From assembly GCF_009914755.1 (NCBI RefSeq), contig NC_060927.1: 64,000 nt of DNA. One strand, written 5' to 3'. Shown here piece after piece: positions 47,145 to 61,032 of this stretch (position 1 is its first letter; every line of letters starts with the position of its first letter). A program made the translations under genes and the position numbers. Below the pieces are notes generated by a model, which was not told the DNA's origin, made no database searches, and worked only from the letters and a program-made list of their open reading frames with translations. Source of the DNA: the human T2T-CHM13v2.0 reference genome, Homo sapiens.

Positions 47145-47665
47145 AGTCACAGCAGTTGCAAAACATGATTGCAAATTTGACTCCTCCCACTAAGAGTTCA
47201 ACTCTCTTCCCCTTGAATCTGGGCAGACTTAAATTGCTTCAACTATATAGCACAGTGGAAGTGACGCCGTGTGCCTAAGTCATGCAGCTTCTACCCTGGT
47301 CACTGGAACACTCGGAGTCCTGAGCTACTGTGTCAGAAGTCTAACCACACATATACTATCATGCTGTGGAAAAGCCCAAGAAATTGAGGAGGTCACATGT
47401 GGGCACTGTGTTTAATAGTGTTCCAGCTGAGGTGAGCTGTTGAGTCATCCCAGATTTCATAGGTAAATGAGAAAACTTCCAGATGGTTCCATAACCAAGC
47501 CGTTAAGCCTTCTCAGTTGAGGCTCCAGATGAGGTATGTAGAACATGGACTAGCCTTCCCTATTGTACTCTGTTCAAATTCTTGATCTGCACACATTTTG
47601 AGCATAATTAAGTAGTTATTTTATACAACTATTAGAGTGATTTGCTTTACAGAAATAAATTGGAA
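47145..47665 (+). mobile_element. MLT1G/H-like MaLR LTR
   Basis: cttccccttgaatctgggcagac...ggaagtgacg...cagcttctaccctggtcactggaacac. Confidence 0.7.
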
Positions 47666-48409
47666 TATTTATCCCATCTCAATTTAAAAGTGCAAATTAA
47701 GGAGATTGTTTTTTCCAACTCTAGTCTATAGTATCCTTCCCTTCCCTGGTGGTTTGCTGCTCATGTCGACCATCTCAGGCAAGGAATATACAGGGTGGAG
47801 ACTCAGAAGAGAAATTAAAGGGAGCAGGAAGACAGTTTGCACTCACTCCAAAACAGAATTAGTTATGGGTATTCAGAAGAATCATTGAAAGAGCTAAAAA
47901 TACCTTGTGGTGGGACTGGAGGTAAGAGTACATGGCATTTCACAATTGAGAACAAAATTGTACAAAATGTAAAAAATTGAGAAGCTATCTCAAAGGACTA
48001 GAACTACTCACAAACAACTTCAAAAAATCTACCTGGGTTTTTTATTTTGAACTGAAACTTGTTTCTTACATCAACTTTTCAATCAGCAATGCAAAAGTCC
48101 CTTTCAGTTTGGTATTTGCATGGGTTATGGGTACATGAATTGCTACACAATGTTAAATGGCCCCATAAAATATTACTTGTCTGTTGCAAAGCCATGATGG
48201 AAATTCATGAAGACTTGCTGCTTACCTGCCATGTTTCCTATGCAAAGCACCTGGATCAATGATTGGAAAATCTCTGGAGGGGTGAAAAAATCATGTTCTA
48301 ATTTGGATTATGTCACTGCCCTGCTGAAAATCTTCAGAGACCTCTCACTGCCTAATTACTACAGTTTAATTCTTGTGTCTTACTGTTCTTGGCATTTTAT
48401 CATCTTCTA

Positions 48410-48660
48410 ACTTACTTAGTCATAGTTATTTGTTCTATTTAATATTTTTAAAATGACTATGTGTCAGGTACCATTATTAGGACAACATTGGTGACTAGTG
48501 ACAGTAGATCCCTTCCCTGATCAAGCTAACATTCTTAGTGGGGGGTGTCAGAATCTTCAGTAAATAAAAAATTTTATAATCTTGATTAGTGCCATAAAGA
48601 AAATAAGGTGATGTGACAGGGTAATGGATAGGGTAATCAGAAAAGTTCTGAGGTTATAAG
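48410..48660 (-). mobile_element. L2 3' fragment
   Basis: atgactatgtgtcaggtaccatt...aagctaacattcttagtgggg. Confidence 0.6.
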
Positions 48661-49394
48661 TGTAATTTTCAACTTTTTATTAAGAAAATTTTCAAAGATT
48701 CAGGAAAATAGAATATTTTGCTATGTACGTTCCTATTTTTATTAAATATTTTAAAGCAATTTACAGATATTTTACTCCTTAAATTCTGTAATCTTAGACA
48801 AGGGTATTTCCCCACATAATTACGGTTCTATTAACACGTGGGACTCAATTGATAATTTCTCAGTGTCAAATTCTCACACCATATTCAATCTAGTAGTTCC
48901 CTCCAAATATTTTATAACCACTCTGTTCAAGGATCCAAATAAGATCCAATCTTTACAACAGGTTATACCTTTTGTTCTTCAAGAATCCTGCTACTGTCTT
49001 TTCTCCCCATGATACTGACTAGTTAAAATACTGGGCTAGCTTTGAATTTGCCCAGTGGTTTCCCATGGTACCATTTAACCTGTTCTTTCTTCTGTATTTT
49101 ATATACACTGGAAGTTAGGTATGGCAGCTTGATTTGACTCAAGTTAAAAATTTTTGGAAAGACTATTTGATAGGTAATTCTGTGCACTTCATGTTATATC
49201 ACCTCATAAAGCATATCACATTCAAATGCTCCTCCATCAACCTTAAACCTTCCAGGTTAAGGTGTCACAGACTGATCCTGCCTTTAACAAGTAACATTTC
49301 CTGACTTGAAAGCAGAAAGTATTACATATGGAGAGATAGTATGACACCACACAACTATCCAATTCTTTATCAGTCTTTCATTGAAATGGTTTAA

Positions 49395-49716
49395 TTTTTT
49401 GTTTGTTTGTTTTTGGTTTTGTTTGTTTTTGTTTTTGGAGATGGAGTCCTGCTCTCTTATCAGGCTGGAGTGCAGGGGCATGATCTTGGTTCACTGCAAC
49501 TTCCGCCTCCTGGATTCAAGGGATTCCCATGCCTCAGCCTCCCGAGCAACTGGGGCTATAGGCACCCACCACCACTCCCAGCTAATTTTTTGTATTTTAG
49601 TAGAGACAGGGTTTCACCATATTGGTCAGGATGGTCTCAATCTCTTGACCTCATAATTCTCCCACCTCAGTTCCCCAAAGTGCTGGGATTACAGGCGTGA
49701 GCCATTGCACCCGGCC
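49395..49716 (-). mobile_element. AluSc-like with (TTTG)n tail
   Basis: Antisense dimer with ggatggtctcaatctcttgacctc. Confidence 0.88.
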
Positions 49717-49960
49717 AGTTGATGATCTTTGACTGACTCAGTTATTCCATTAAAGAATTCAAAGGAGCAATTTTTCTAATGCCTTTATTTCTTCTATGTT
49801 TATTAGCCAACAGTCTGCTGTTAAAAACAAAAATCAAAAAAGAGCCTTCTCTCATCAAATGGGGTTATTTGATCACCCTGTCATGCAGTTTGCAGAGAAA
49901 AGGCAGATACTTACCTCTGCCTTTAAATCCCTGATGGATTTTTAAACTGTCATTATTTGC

Positions 49961-50212
<252 letters not shown>

Positions 50213-50287
50213 AATTGTCATTATTTGCTTTTAATGTGGATTGCTTTTATGAGAATAACTATGAGCTCATGGATTTTATATAGTAGT

Positions 50288-50752
50288 TGTCACGCATGTC
50301 CGTGTGAAGAGAGTCCACCAACAGGCTTTGTGTGAGCAACAAGGCTGTTTATTTCACCTGGGTGCAGGCAGGCTGAGTCCAAAAAAGGAGTCAGCAAAGG
50401 GTGGTGGGATTATCATTAGTTCTTATAGGTTTTGGGATAGGCGGTGGAGTTAGGAGCAATGTTTTGTGGGCAGGGGGTGGATCTCACAGAGTACATTCTC
50501 AAGGGTGGGGAGAATTACAAAGAACCTTCTTAAGGGTGCGGGAGATTACAAAGAACCTTCTTAAGGGTCGGGGAGATTACGAAGAACATTGATCAGTTAG
50601 GGTGGGGCAGAAACAAATCACAATGGTGGAACGTCATCAGTTAAAGCTATTTTCACTTCTTTTGTGGACTTTCAGTTGCTTCAGGCCACCTGGATGTATA
50701 TGTGCAGGTCACAGGGGATATGATGGTTTAGCTTGGGCTCAGAGGCCTTACA
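50288..50752 (-). mobile_element. HERV-H solo LTR (LTR7B-like)
   Basis: tgtcacgcatgtccgtgtgaagagag...gcttgggctcagaggccttaca; 5-bp TSD gtagt / gtaat. Confidence 0.9.
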
Positions 50753-51207
50753 GTAATTATGCTTTAATCAATTATAGTCATTCTTACTGTGATTTGGATT
50801 ATAACAACTGTGGATATTATGAGCACCTTCAAACTGACTGTGCCTTTTTAAGTGACCATATTAGTCTTTAAGTATTCTTTGCTCTCTAGAACAACAGAAT
50901 ATCCCAACACCCAGGGCATTTTCTTCATCACACCTGAAAATCAGCCATTTCTTTGAATCCAAATTCTTTTCATGATAAATGATATGTAGAGAACAAAATC
51001 TAAATGTCAGGAGTGATCACTGGTCCTGGGAAGCTATTTCTTGGTTTTCTCAATGTGAATCTAAGATATTTATCTTATAAAAATGGTAAAGTTTTTTTTT
51101 CCATTCCAAGATGGCCAAATAAGAACAGCTCTGGACTGCAGCTCCCAGCATGATCGACTCAGAAGACGGGTGATTTCTGCATTTCCAACTGAGGCACCTG
51201 GTTCATT

Positions 51208-51534
51208 TCATTGGGACTGGTTGGACAGTAGGTGCAGCCTATGGAGGACAAGCTGAAGCAGGGCGGGGTGTCGCCTCACCCAGGAAGCACAGGGGTCAGG
51301 AGATTTCCCTTTCCTGGCCAAGGAAAGCCATGACAGACTGTACCTGGAAAAATAGGACACTCTTACCCAAATACTGCACTTTTCCCAAGATCTTAGCAAC
51401 TGGCAGACCAGGAAATTCTCTCCCGTGCCTGGCTCAGCAGATGCCACACCCATGGAGCCTTGCTCACTGCTAGCACAGCAGTCTGAGATCAACCTGCAAG
51501 GCTGCAGTCTGGCTGGGGGAGGGGCATCTGCCAT
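51208..51534 (-). CDS. L1 antisense ORF0 homolog, open, 108 aa
   Basis: MADAPPPARLQPCRLISDCCASSEQGSMGVASAEPG... resembles L1 ORF0 (MAGAPPPASLPPCSLISDCCAS...); ATG in strong Kozak context gcaATGg; no evidence of expression. Confidence 0.6.
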   Translation of the reverse strand: MADAPPPARLQPCRLISDCCASSEQGSMGVASAEPGTGENFLVCQLLRSWEKCSIWVRVSYFSRYSLSWLSLARKGKSPDPCASWVRRHPALLQLVLHRLHLLSNQSQ

Positions 51535-54500
51535 TGCTGAGGCTTGAGTAGGTAAACAAAGCCACAGGGAAGCTCGAACTGGGCAGAGCCCACCACAGTA
51601 CAGCAAGGCCTACTGCCTCTATAGACTCCACCTCTGTGGGCAGAGCATAGCTGAACAAAAGGCAGCAGAAACTTCTGCAGACTTAAACATCCCTGTCTGA
51701 CAGCTCTGAAGAGAGCAGTGGTTCTCTCAGCACAGCAATGGAAATCTGAGAACAGACAGGCTGCCTCCTCAAGTGGGTCCCTGGCCCCCATGTAGCCTAA
51801 CTGGGAGGCACCTCCCAATAGGGGCTGACAGACAAGTCATACAAGTAGGTGTCCCTCTGGGACAAAGCTTCCAGAGGAAGGATCAGGCAGCTATATTTGC
51901 TGTTCTGCAATATTTGCTGTTCTGCAGCCTCCGCTGGTGATACCCAGGCAAACAGGGTCTGGAGTGGACCTCCAGCAAACTCCAACAGACCAGAGCGGAG
52001 GGACCTGACTGTTAGAAGGAAAACTAACAACAGAAAGAAATAGCATCGACATCAACTAAAAGGACATCCACACCAAAACCCCATCTGTAGGTCACCAACA
52101 TCAAAGACCAAAGGTAGATAAAACCACAAAGATGGAGAGAAACCAGAGCAGAAAAGCTGAAAGCTCTAAAAAACAGAGTGCCTCTTCTCCTCCAAAGGAT
52201 CGCAGCTCCTCACCAGCAATGGAACAAAGCTGGATGGAGAATGACTGACAAGTTGACAGAAGTAGGGTTCAGAAAGCCAGTAATAACAAACTTCTCCAAG
52301 CTAAAGGAGCGTGTTCTAACCATTGCAAGGAAGCTAAAAACCTTGAAAAAAGGTTAGATGAATGGCTAACTAGAATAAACAGTGTAGAGAAGACCTTAAA
52401 TTACCTGATGGAGCTGAAAACCATGGCACGAGAACTTCGTGATGCATGCACAAGCTTCAATAGCTGACTCGATCAAGTGGAAGAAAGGATATCCATGATT
52501 GAAGATCAAATGAATGAAATAAAGTGAGAAGACAAGTTTAGAGAAAACAAGAGTAAAAAGAAATGAACAAAGCCTCCAAGAAATATGGGACTATGTGAAA
52601 AAACCAAATCTATGTTTGATGGGTATACCTGAAAGTGATGGGGAGAATGGAGCCAAGTTGGAAAACACTCTTCAGGGTATTATCCAGGAGAACTTCCCCA
52701 ACCTAGCTTCCTATTCAACATTCAAATTCAGGAAATCCAGGCCAACATTCAAATTCAGGAAATACGAGAACACTACCAAGATACTCCTTGAGAACAGCAA
52801 CCCCAAGACACATAATTGTCAGATTCACCAAAGTTGAAATGAAGGAAAAACTGTTAGGGGCAGCCAGAGAGAAAGGTTGGGTTACCCACAAAGGGAAGCC
52901 CATCAGACTAACAGCAGATCTCTCCACAGACAGCCTACAAGCCAGAAGAGAGTGGGGGCCAATATTCAACATGCTTAAAGTAAAGAATTTTCAACCCAGA
53001 ATTTCATATCCAGCCAAAATAAGCCCCATAAGTGAAGGAGAAATAAAATCCTTTACAGACAAACAAATGCTGAGAGATTTTTGTCACCAGTAAGCCCGCC
53101 TTACCAGAGCTCCTAAAGGAAGCATTAAACATGGAAAGGAACAACCAATACCAGCCACTGCAAAAATATGCCAAATTGTGAAGATCATTGATGCTATGAA
53201 GAAACTGCATCAATTAACGGGCAAAATAACCAGCTAACATCATAATGACAGGATCAAATACACACATAACAATATTAACCTTCAATGTACATGGGCTAAA
53301 TGACCAATTAAAAGACACAGACTGGCAAAGATGGGTCTTGATAAAGAGTCAACACCCATCCATGTGCTGTATTCAGGAGACCTATCTCATGTGCAAAGAC
53401 ACACACATAGGCTCAAAATAAAGGGATGGAGAAAGATCTAGCAAGTAAATGGAAAGCAAAAAAAGCAGGGGTTGCAATCCTCGTCTCTGATAAAACAGAC
53501 TTTAAACCAACAAAGATCAAAAGAGACAAAGAAGGCCATTATATAATGGTAAAGGGTTCAATTCAACAAGAAGAGCTAAGTATCCTAAATATATGTGCAT
53601 CCAACACAGGAGCACCCAGATTCATAAAGCAAGTCCTCAGAGACCTACAAAGAGATGTAGACTCCCACACAATAATAATGGGAGACTTTAATACCCACTG
53701 TCAATATTAGACAGAACAACGAGGCAGAAGGTTAACAAGGATATCCAGGACTTGAACTGAGCTCTGCACCAAGTGGACCTAAGAAAGTTCTACAGAACTC
53801 TCCACCCCAAATCAACAGAATATGCATTCTTCTCAATACCACATCACACTTATTCTAAAATTGACCACATAATTGGAAGTAAAGCACTCCTCAGCAAATG
53901 TAAAATAACAGAAATCACAACGAACTGTCTCTCAGACCACAGTGCAATCATATTAGAAATCAGGATTAAGAAACTCACTCAAAACCACACAACTACATGG
54001 AAACTGAACAACCTGCTCCTGAATGACTACTGGGTACATGATGAAATGAAGGCAGACATAAAGATGTTCTTTGAAACCAATGAGAACAAAGACACAACGT
54101 ACCAGAATCTCTGGGACACATTTAAAGCAATGTGTAGAGGGAAATTTACAGCACTAAATGCCCACAAGAGAAAGCAGGAAGGATCTAAAATTGACACCCT
54201 AACATCACAATTAAAAGAAGTAGAGAAGCAAGAGCAAACAAATTCAAAAGCTAGCAGAAGACAAGAAATAACTAAGATCAGAGCAGAACCGAAGGAGATA
54301 GTGACAAACCCTTCAAAAAAATTGGCGAATCCAGGAGCTCATTTTTCGAAAAGATCAACAAAATTGATAGATCGCTAGCAAGACTAATAAAGAGGAGAGA
54401 AAAGTTAAATAGATGCAATAAAAAATGATGAAGGGGATATCACCACCGATCCCACAGAAATACAAACTACCATCAGAGAATACTATAAACACCTCTATGC

Positions 54501-54807
54501 AAATAACCTAGAAAATCTAGAAGAAATGGATAAATTCCTGGACATACTCACCCTCACAAGACTAAACCAGGAAGAAGTTGAATCTCTGAATAGACCAATA
54601 ACAGGCTCTGAAATTGAGGCAATCATTAATATCCTACCAACCAAAAAAAGTCCAGAACCAGAGGGATTCACAGCTGAATTCTACCAGAGGTACAAAGAGG
54701 AGTTGGTACCATTCCTTCTAAAACTATTCCAATCAATAGAAAAAGAGGGAATCCTCCCTACCTCATTTTATGAGGCCAGAATCATCCTGATACCAAAGCC
54801 TGGCAGA

Positions 54808-54808
<1 letters not shown>

Positions 54809-54870
<62 letters not shown>

Positions 54871-54873
54871 AAA
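54809..54873 (+). repeat. (AC)n microsatellite plus poly-A inside L1PA6 ORF2
   Basis: About 20 AC units followed by about 24 A. Confidence 0.95.
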
Positions 54874-55151
54874 GAAGAAGAGAATTTCAGACCAATAGCC
54901 CTGATGAACATCGATGCAAAAATCCTCAAAATACTGGCAAACTAAATGCAGCAGCACATCAAAAAGCATATCCACCAAGATCCAGTCAGCTTCATCCCTG
55001 GAATGCAAGACTGGTTCAACATATGCAAATCAATAAACATAATCTATCACATAAACAGAACCAACGACAAAAACCACATGATTATCTCAGTAGATGCAGA
55101 AAAGGCCTTTGACAAAATTCAGCAGCCTTTCATGCTAAAAACTCTCAATAA

Positions 55152-55364
<213 letters not shown>

Positions 55365-55367
55365 TGA

Positions 55368-55520
<153 letters not shown>

Positions 55521-57779
55521 TAGACCAATAATAGACAGAGACCCAAATCATTAGTGAACCCCCATTCACAACTGCTTCAAAGAGAATAAAATACCAAGGG
55601 ATGTGAAGGACCTCTTCAAGAAGAACTACAAACCACTGCTTAACGAAATGAGAGAGGACAAAAACAAATGGAAGAACATTCCATGCTCATGGATAGGAAG
55701 AATCAATATCATGAAAATGGCCATACTGCCCAAGGTAATTTATAGATTCAATGCCATCCCCATCAAGCTACCAATGACTTTCTTCACAAAATTGGAAAAA
55801 AACTACTTTAGAGTTCATATGGAACCAAAAAAGAGCCCACATTGCCAAGAAAATCCTAAGCCAAAATAACAAAGATAGAGGCATCATGCTACCTGACTTC
55901 AAACTATACTACAAGGATACAGTAACCAAAACAGCATGGCACTGGTACCAAAACAGAGATATAGACCAACGGAACAGAACAGAGTCCTCAGAAATAACGC
56001 CACACATCTGCAACCATCTGATCTTTGACAAACCTGACAAAAACAAGAAATGGGGAAAGGATTCCCTATTTAATAAATGGTGCTGGGAAAACTGGCTAGC
56101 CATACGTAGAAAGCTGAAACTGGATCCCTTCCTTACAGAAAAATTAATTCAAGATGGATTAAAGACCTAAATGGAAGACTTAAAACCATAAAAGCCTAGA
56201 AGAAAACCTAGGCAATACCATTCAGGCCATAGGCATGGGCAAGGACTTCATGACTAAAACACCAAAAGCAAGAGCAGCAAAAGCCAGAATGGACAAATGG
56301 GATCTAATTAAACTAAAGAGCTTCTGTACAGCAAAAGAAACTACCATCAGAGTGAACAGGCCACCTACAGAATGGGAGAAAATTTTTGCAATCTACCCAT
56401 CTGACAAAGGGCTAATATCTAGAATCTACAAAGAAAAACAAATTTACAAGACAAAAAACCAAACAACCCCATCAAAACGTGTGCAAAAGATATGAACAGA
56501 CCCTTCTCAAAAGAAGACATTTATGCAGCCAACAGACACATGAAAGAATGCTCATCATCACTGGTCATCAGAGAAATGCAAATCAAAACCACAATGTGAT
56601 ACCATCTCATGCCAGTTAGCATGGCGATCATTAAAAAGTCAGGAAACAACGGGTGCTGGAGAGGATATGGAGAAATATGAGCACTTTTACACTGTTGGTG
56701 TGAGTGTAAATTAGTTCCACCATTGTGGAAGACAGTGTGGCGATTCCTCAAGGATGTAGAACTAGAAATACCATTTGATGCCGTGATCCCATTACTGGAT
56801 ATATACCCAAAGGATTATAAATCATGCTACTATAAAGACACATGTATGTTTACTGCGGCACTATTCACAATAGCAAAGACTTGGAACCAACCCAAATGTC
56901 CATCAATGATAGACTGGATTAAGAAAATATGGTACATATACACCATGGAATACCATCCAGCCATAAAAAAGGATGAGTTCATGTCCTTTGTAGGGATGTG
57001 GATGAAGCTGGAAACCATCATTCTGAGCAAACCAGACACCGCATGTTCTCACTCATAGGTAGGAGTTGAACAATGGGAACACTTGGACATGGAGCGGAGA
57101 ATATCGCACACCAGTGCCTGTCAGGGGCTGGAGGGCTGGGGGAGGGATAGCACTGGGAGAAATGCCTAATGTAAATGACGAGATGATGGGTGCAGTGAAC
57201 CAGCATGGCACATGTATACCTATGCGACAAGACAGCACGTTGTGCACATGTACCCTAGAACTTAAAGTATAATAAAAAATTAAAGAAAAAAATAAAAATT
57301 ATAAAGTTTATACTGAGACAAGTAAATTTTTAGTGCATAATTTGACTTAACATTTTATACTTGTATTGCATTTCTCTTGCATTGGAAATCATGGTTTTTA
57401 ATTATAATAACATAATTGTTTATTTACTTTGTAGCTTAAATATAGCAGCTTCTAGATAGCAAAACCAACATTATTCCTAAAATTAAATTTACCTCGTGTT
57501 GTTTAAATAATTGTGCAGTTATTTTTCTCTTTAGAATATTTCTCACCAAGGATGCAATCAGTAATACATCAAAATCATTTGAACTAGCTCTTTATGGATA
57601 TATTGTATATACTTGGATTCATTTGCTCATATATTCTAGTTTGTTTTTAAGTTTAGAGACCTTAAAAATATACTATTAATTTGTGATATAGTTGATTTAA
57701 AGTTATTCAATATAAGTTTTTTCTGTTTATTATACAGTTAGCTCTAATTGCTTATATTTTCTAAATCAACATTGGATAT

Positions 57780-58348
57780 AATTTGAAAATAAAACCCAAT
57801 GAAATTCACTCATTTGATATGTTTTAACAAATAAATAAAAACACTCCTGAAACCACTACCATAATCAAAACACAGACTAATTTCATTACCCAAGGTCACC
57901 CATGCTCCTTTGCAGGCACACTCCATCCTTCCCCACTTTGATCTTTTGTTAGGCTCTATAGTTTCTAGATATTTTTATATAGAAAGCTGTACAATATGTA
58001 CGACTGTATATAACTTATGGCAGGCACCCTTCAGTATCATCCATATTGTTCCTATATTAGCAGTTAATGTATCTTAACTAGTAGTATTTTATTGTATAGC
58101 TATTTGACAGTTTATTTACCAGGTGGTGAACATCTGAGATTTCTTAGTTTTGGGTTGTTTTTGGTGCGTGTTTGTGTGTGTGTGTGCGTGTGTGTGTGTG
58201 TGTGTGTGTACTTTGCTTTGTTTTTATGGATAAGTTTATAAATGTTTACATATAAGTGTCTCTGTTTGAATATATGTTTTTATTCAGTTGGACTAATACC
58301 TATATGTGGGAGTGTGGGGTTTTATGGTAGGCTTATGTGCAGCTTCAT
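57780..58348 (-). mobile_element. L1ME-type 3' region (resumes at 60224-~60310)
   Basis: aaccactaccataatcaaaacacag...catccatattgtt...tttatggtagg; continues after the L1PA13 TSD. Confidence 0.6.
58174..58209 (+). repeat. (TG)n microsatellite
   Basis: Direct observation. Confidence 0.95.
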
Positions 58349-58367
58349 AAGAAGTGTTCCCTTTTTC

Positions 58368-60204
58368 AGACATGAACAGACACTTCTCAGAAGACATTTA
58401 TGTGGCCAAAAAACATGAAAAAAAGTTCAACATCCCTGATCATTAGAGAAATGCAAATCAAACCACAATGAGATATCATCTCATGCCAGTCAGAATGGTG
58501 ATTATTAAAAAGTCAAGAAACAATGATGTTGGTGAGGCTGTGGAGAAATAGGAACACTTTTATACTTTTGGTGGGAAAGTGAAATAGTTCAACCTGTAGG
58601 GAAAAGAAAGAGATCAGACTGTTACTGTGTCTATGTAGAAAGGGAAGACATAAGAGACTCCATTTTGAAAAAGACTTGTACTTTAAACAATTGCTTTGCT
58701 GAGATGTTGTTAATTTGTAGCTTTGCCCCAGCCACTTTGACCCAACTATTTTCATCCAATCTGGAGCTCACAAAAACATGTGTTGTATGAAATCAAGGTT
58801 TAAGGGATCTAGGGCTATGCAGGACGTGCCTTGTTAACAAAATGTTTACAAGCAGTATGCTTGGTAAAAGTCATCACCATTCTCTAGTCTCAATAAACCA
58901 TGGACACAATGCACTGCAGAAAGCCACAGGGACCTCTGCCCTTGAAAGCGGGGTATTGTCCAAGGTTTCTACCCATGTGATAGTCTGAAATATGGCCTCG
59001 TGGGATGAGAAAGACCTGACCGCCCCCCAGCCTGACACCCGTAAAGGGTCTGTGCTGAGGTGGATTAGTAAAAGAGGAAAGCCTCTTGCAGTTGAGATAG
59101 AGGAAGGCCACTGTCTCCTGCCTGCCCCTGGGAACCGAATGTCTCGGTATAAAACCTGATTGTACATTTGTTCATTTCTGAGATGAGAGAAATACCGCCC
59201 TATGGTGGGAGGTGAGATATGTTTGCAGTAATGCTGCCTTGTTATTATTTACTCCACTGAGATGTTTGGGTGGAGAGAAACATAAATCTGGCCTACGTGC
59301 ACATCCAGGCATAGTATCTTCCCTTGAACTTAATTATGACATAGATTCTTTTGCTCACATGTTTTTTGCTGACCTTTTCCTTATTATCACCCTGCTGTCC
59401 TACTACATTCCTTTTTGCTGAAATAATGAAAATAATAATCAATAAAAACTGAGGGAACTCAGAGGCCGGTGCAGATCCTTGGTGTGCTGAGTGTCGGTCC
59501 CCTGGGCCCACTGTTGTTTCTCTATCCTTTGTCTTTGTGTCTTATTTCTTTTCTCAGTCTCTCATCCCACCCGACTAGAAATACCCACAGATGTGGAGGG
59601 GCAGGCCACCCCTTCATCAACCATTGTGGAAGAAAATGTGGTGATTCCTCAAAGATCTAGAACCAGAAATAGCATTTGACCCAGCAATCCCATTACTGGG
59701 TATATACCCAAAGAAATAGAAATCATTCTATTATAAAGATACATGCATATGTCTGTTCATTGCAGCACTACTGACAATAGCAAAGACATGGAATCAACCC
59801 AAATGCCCATCAATGATAGACTGGATACAGAAAATATGGTACATATATACCACAGAATTCTATGCAGCCATAAGAAGGAATGAGATCATCTCCTTTGCAG
59901 GGGCATGGATAGAGCTGGAAGCCATTATCCTCAGCAAAGTAACGCAGGAACAGAAAACCAAACACCACATATTCTCACTTGTAAGTGGGAGTTGAACAAT
60001 GAGAACACGTGGACACAAGGAGGGGATCAACACACACTGGGGGCTGTGAGGTTGGAAGAGGGAGAACATCAGGATAAGTAGCTAATGCATGCTGGGCTTC
60101 ATACCTGGGTGATGAGTTGATAGGTACAGCAAACCACCATGGCACACATTTACCTATGTAACAAATCTGCATATTTTTCCTGGAACTTAAAAAAAAAAAA
60201 GAAA
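58368..60204 (+). mobile_element. 5'-truncated L1PA12/13-like element interrupted by LTR5A
   Basis: 3'UTR gcatgctgggcttcatacctgggtgatg; 19-bp TSD aagaa(g/a)tgttccctttttc at 58349-58367 and 60205-60223. Confidence 0.88.
58595..59616 (+). mobile_element. HERV-K(HML-2) solo LTR, LTR5A-like
   Basis: tgtagggaaaagaaagagatcagactg...ggcaggccaccccttca; TATAAAA and AATAAA present; 6-bp TSD tcaacc at 58589-58594 and 59617-59622. Confidence 0.92.
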
Positions 60205-60319
60205 AAGAAATGTTCCCTTTTTCCCCAAAGTAGCTATTAACGCACTCCCTGCAGAAGTAAGAGATCCAGTTGCTCCATATTTTTATCAATACTTGATATT
60301 TTCAGTATTTTTCAAAATC

Positions 60320-60870
60320 AAATTTAACGATATACAGTTTACATAAAGTTTACCTTTTTTTGGATTCCATTTACATTTGGCAAAGGTATAATCATAGGAT
60401 TATCAAAATCCATAGACTAGTTCCATCACAATAAACCCCTCTTGGCTCCCTTATGGTTAAGCCCTGCCCTGCCCCCAGCTCCTGGTAACCACTGAACCCA
60501 CTTGTGTTCCCATAAGGTATTTTTTGTTTCATTTTTTCTTTTTCTGAATTCATAGACAAAATTGTACAATAGGTAGCCTTTTGAAATGGCTTATTTCATT
60601 GAGATGATCAGTTTGAGATTCATCCATGCTGTTGCATGTATCATATTATGTTCCTTGTAATTGCTGAGTACTATGCCATTGTATAGGTATGCCAGAGTTT
60701 ACTTATTCCTTTACAAGTTGATGTATATTTGCATTGTTACCAGGTTTTTTGGCTATTACAATGGAGTCACTGAACATTTGAGTACAGATTTTCATGTCAA
60801 CATAAATTTTCACTTATCTTGTAGATGAGTAGGATTGATGTCATATGATAAGTATATATTTAACTTATTT
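60320..60870 (-). mobile_element. L1ME/MC 3' fragment
   Basis: cccagctcctggtaaccactga...tttgagattcatccatgctgttgcatgtatc. Confidence 0.65.
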
Positions 60871-61032
60871 ACATTTTTCTGTTTTTTTTTGAATATATGA
60901 ATCATACTTTCTAATAGGTATTTTCACACTCTTGCCTGCTAATTTTGTTATCTGTTATACCTGGGTCTGTTTCTGCTGAGTGTTTCTTATGGCTGGGAGT
61001 TATATTTTCCTGTTACTTTGGATGTCTGATAT

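Noticed and set aside
51890-51926. Tandem atatttgctgttctgca duplication in the 5'UTR of C
   Set aside because: I recall this as a feature of L1PA6-type 5'UTRs, so probably not locus-specific.
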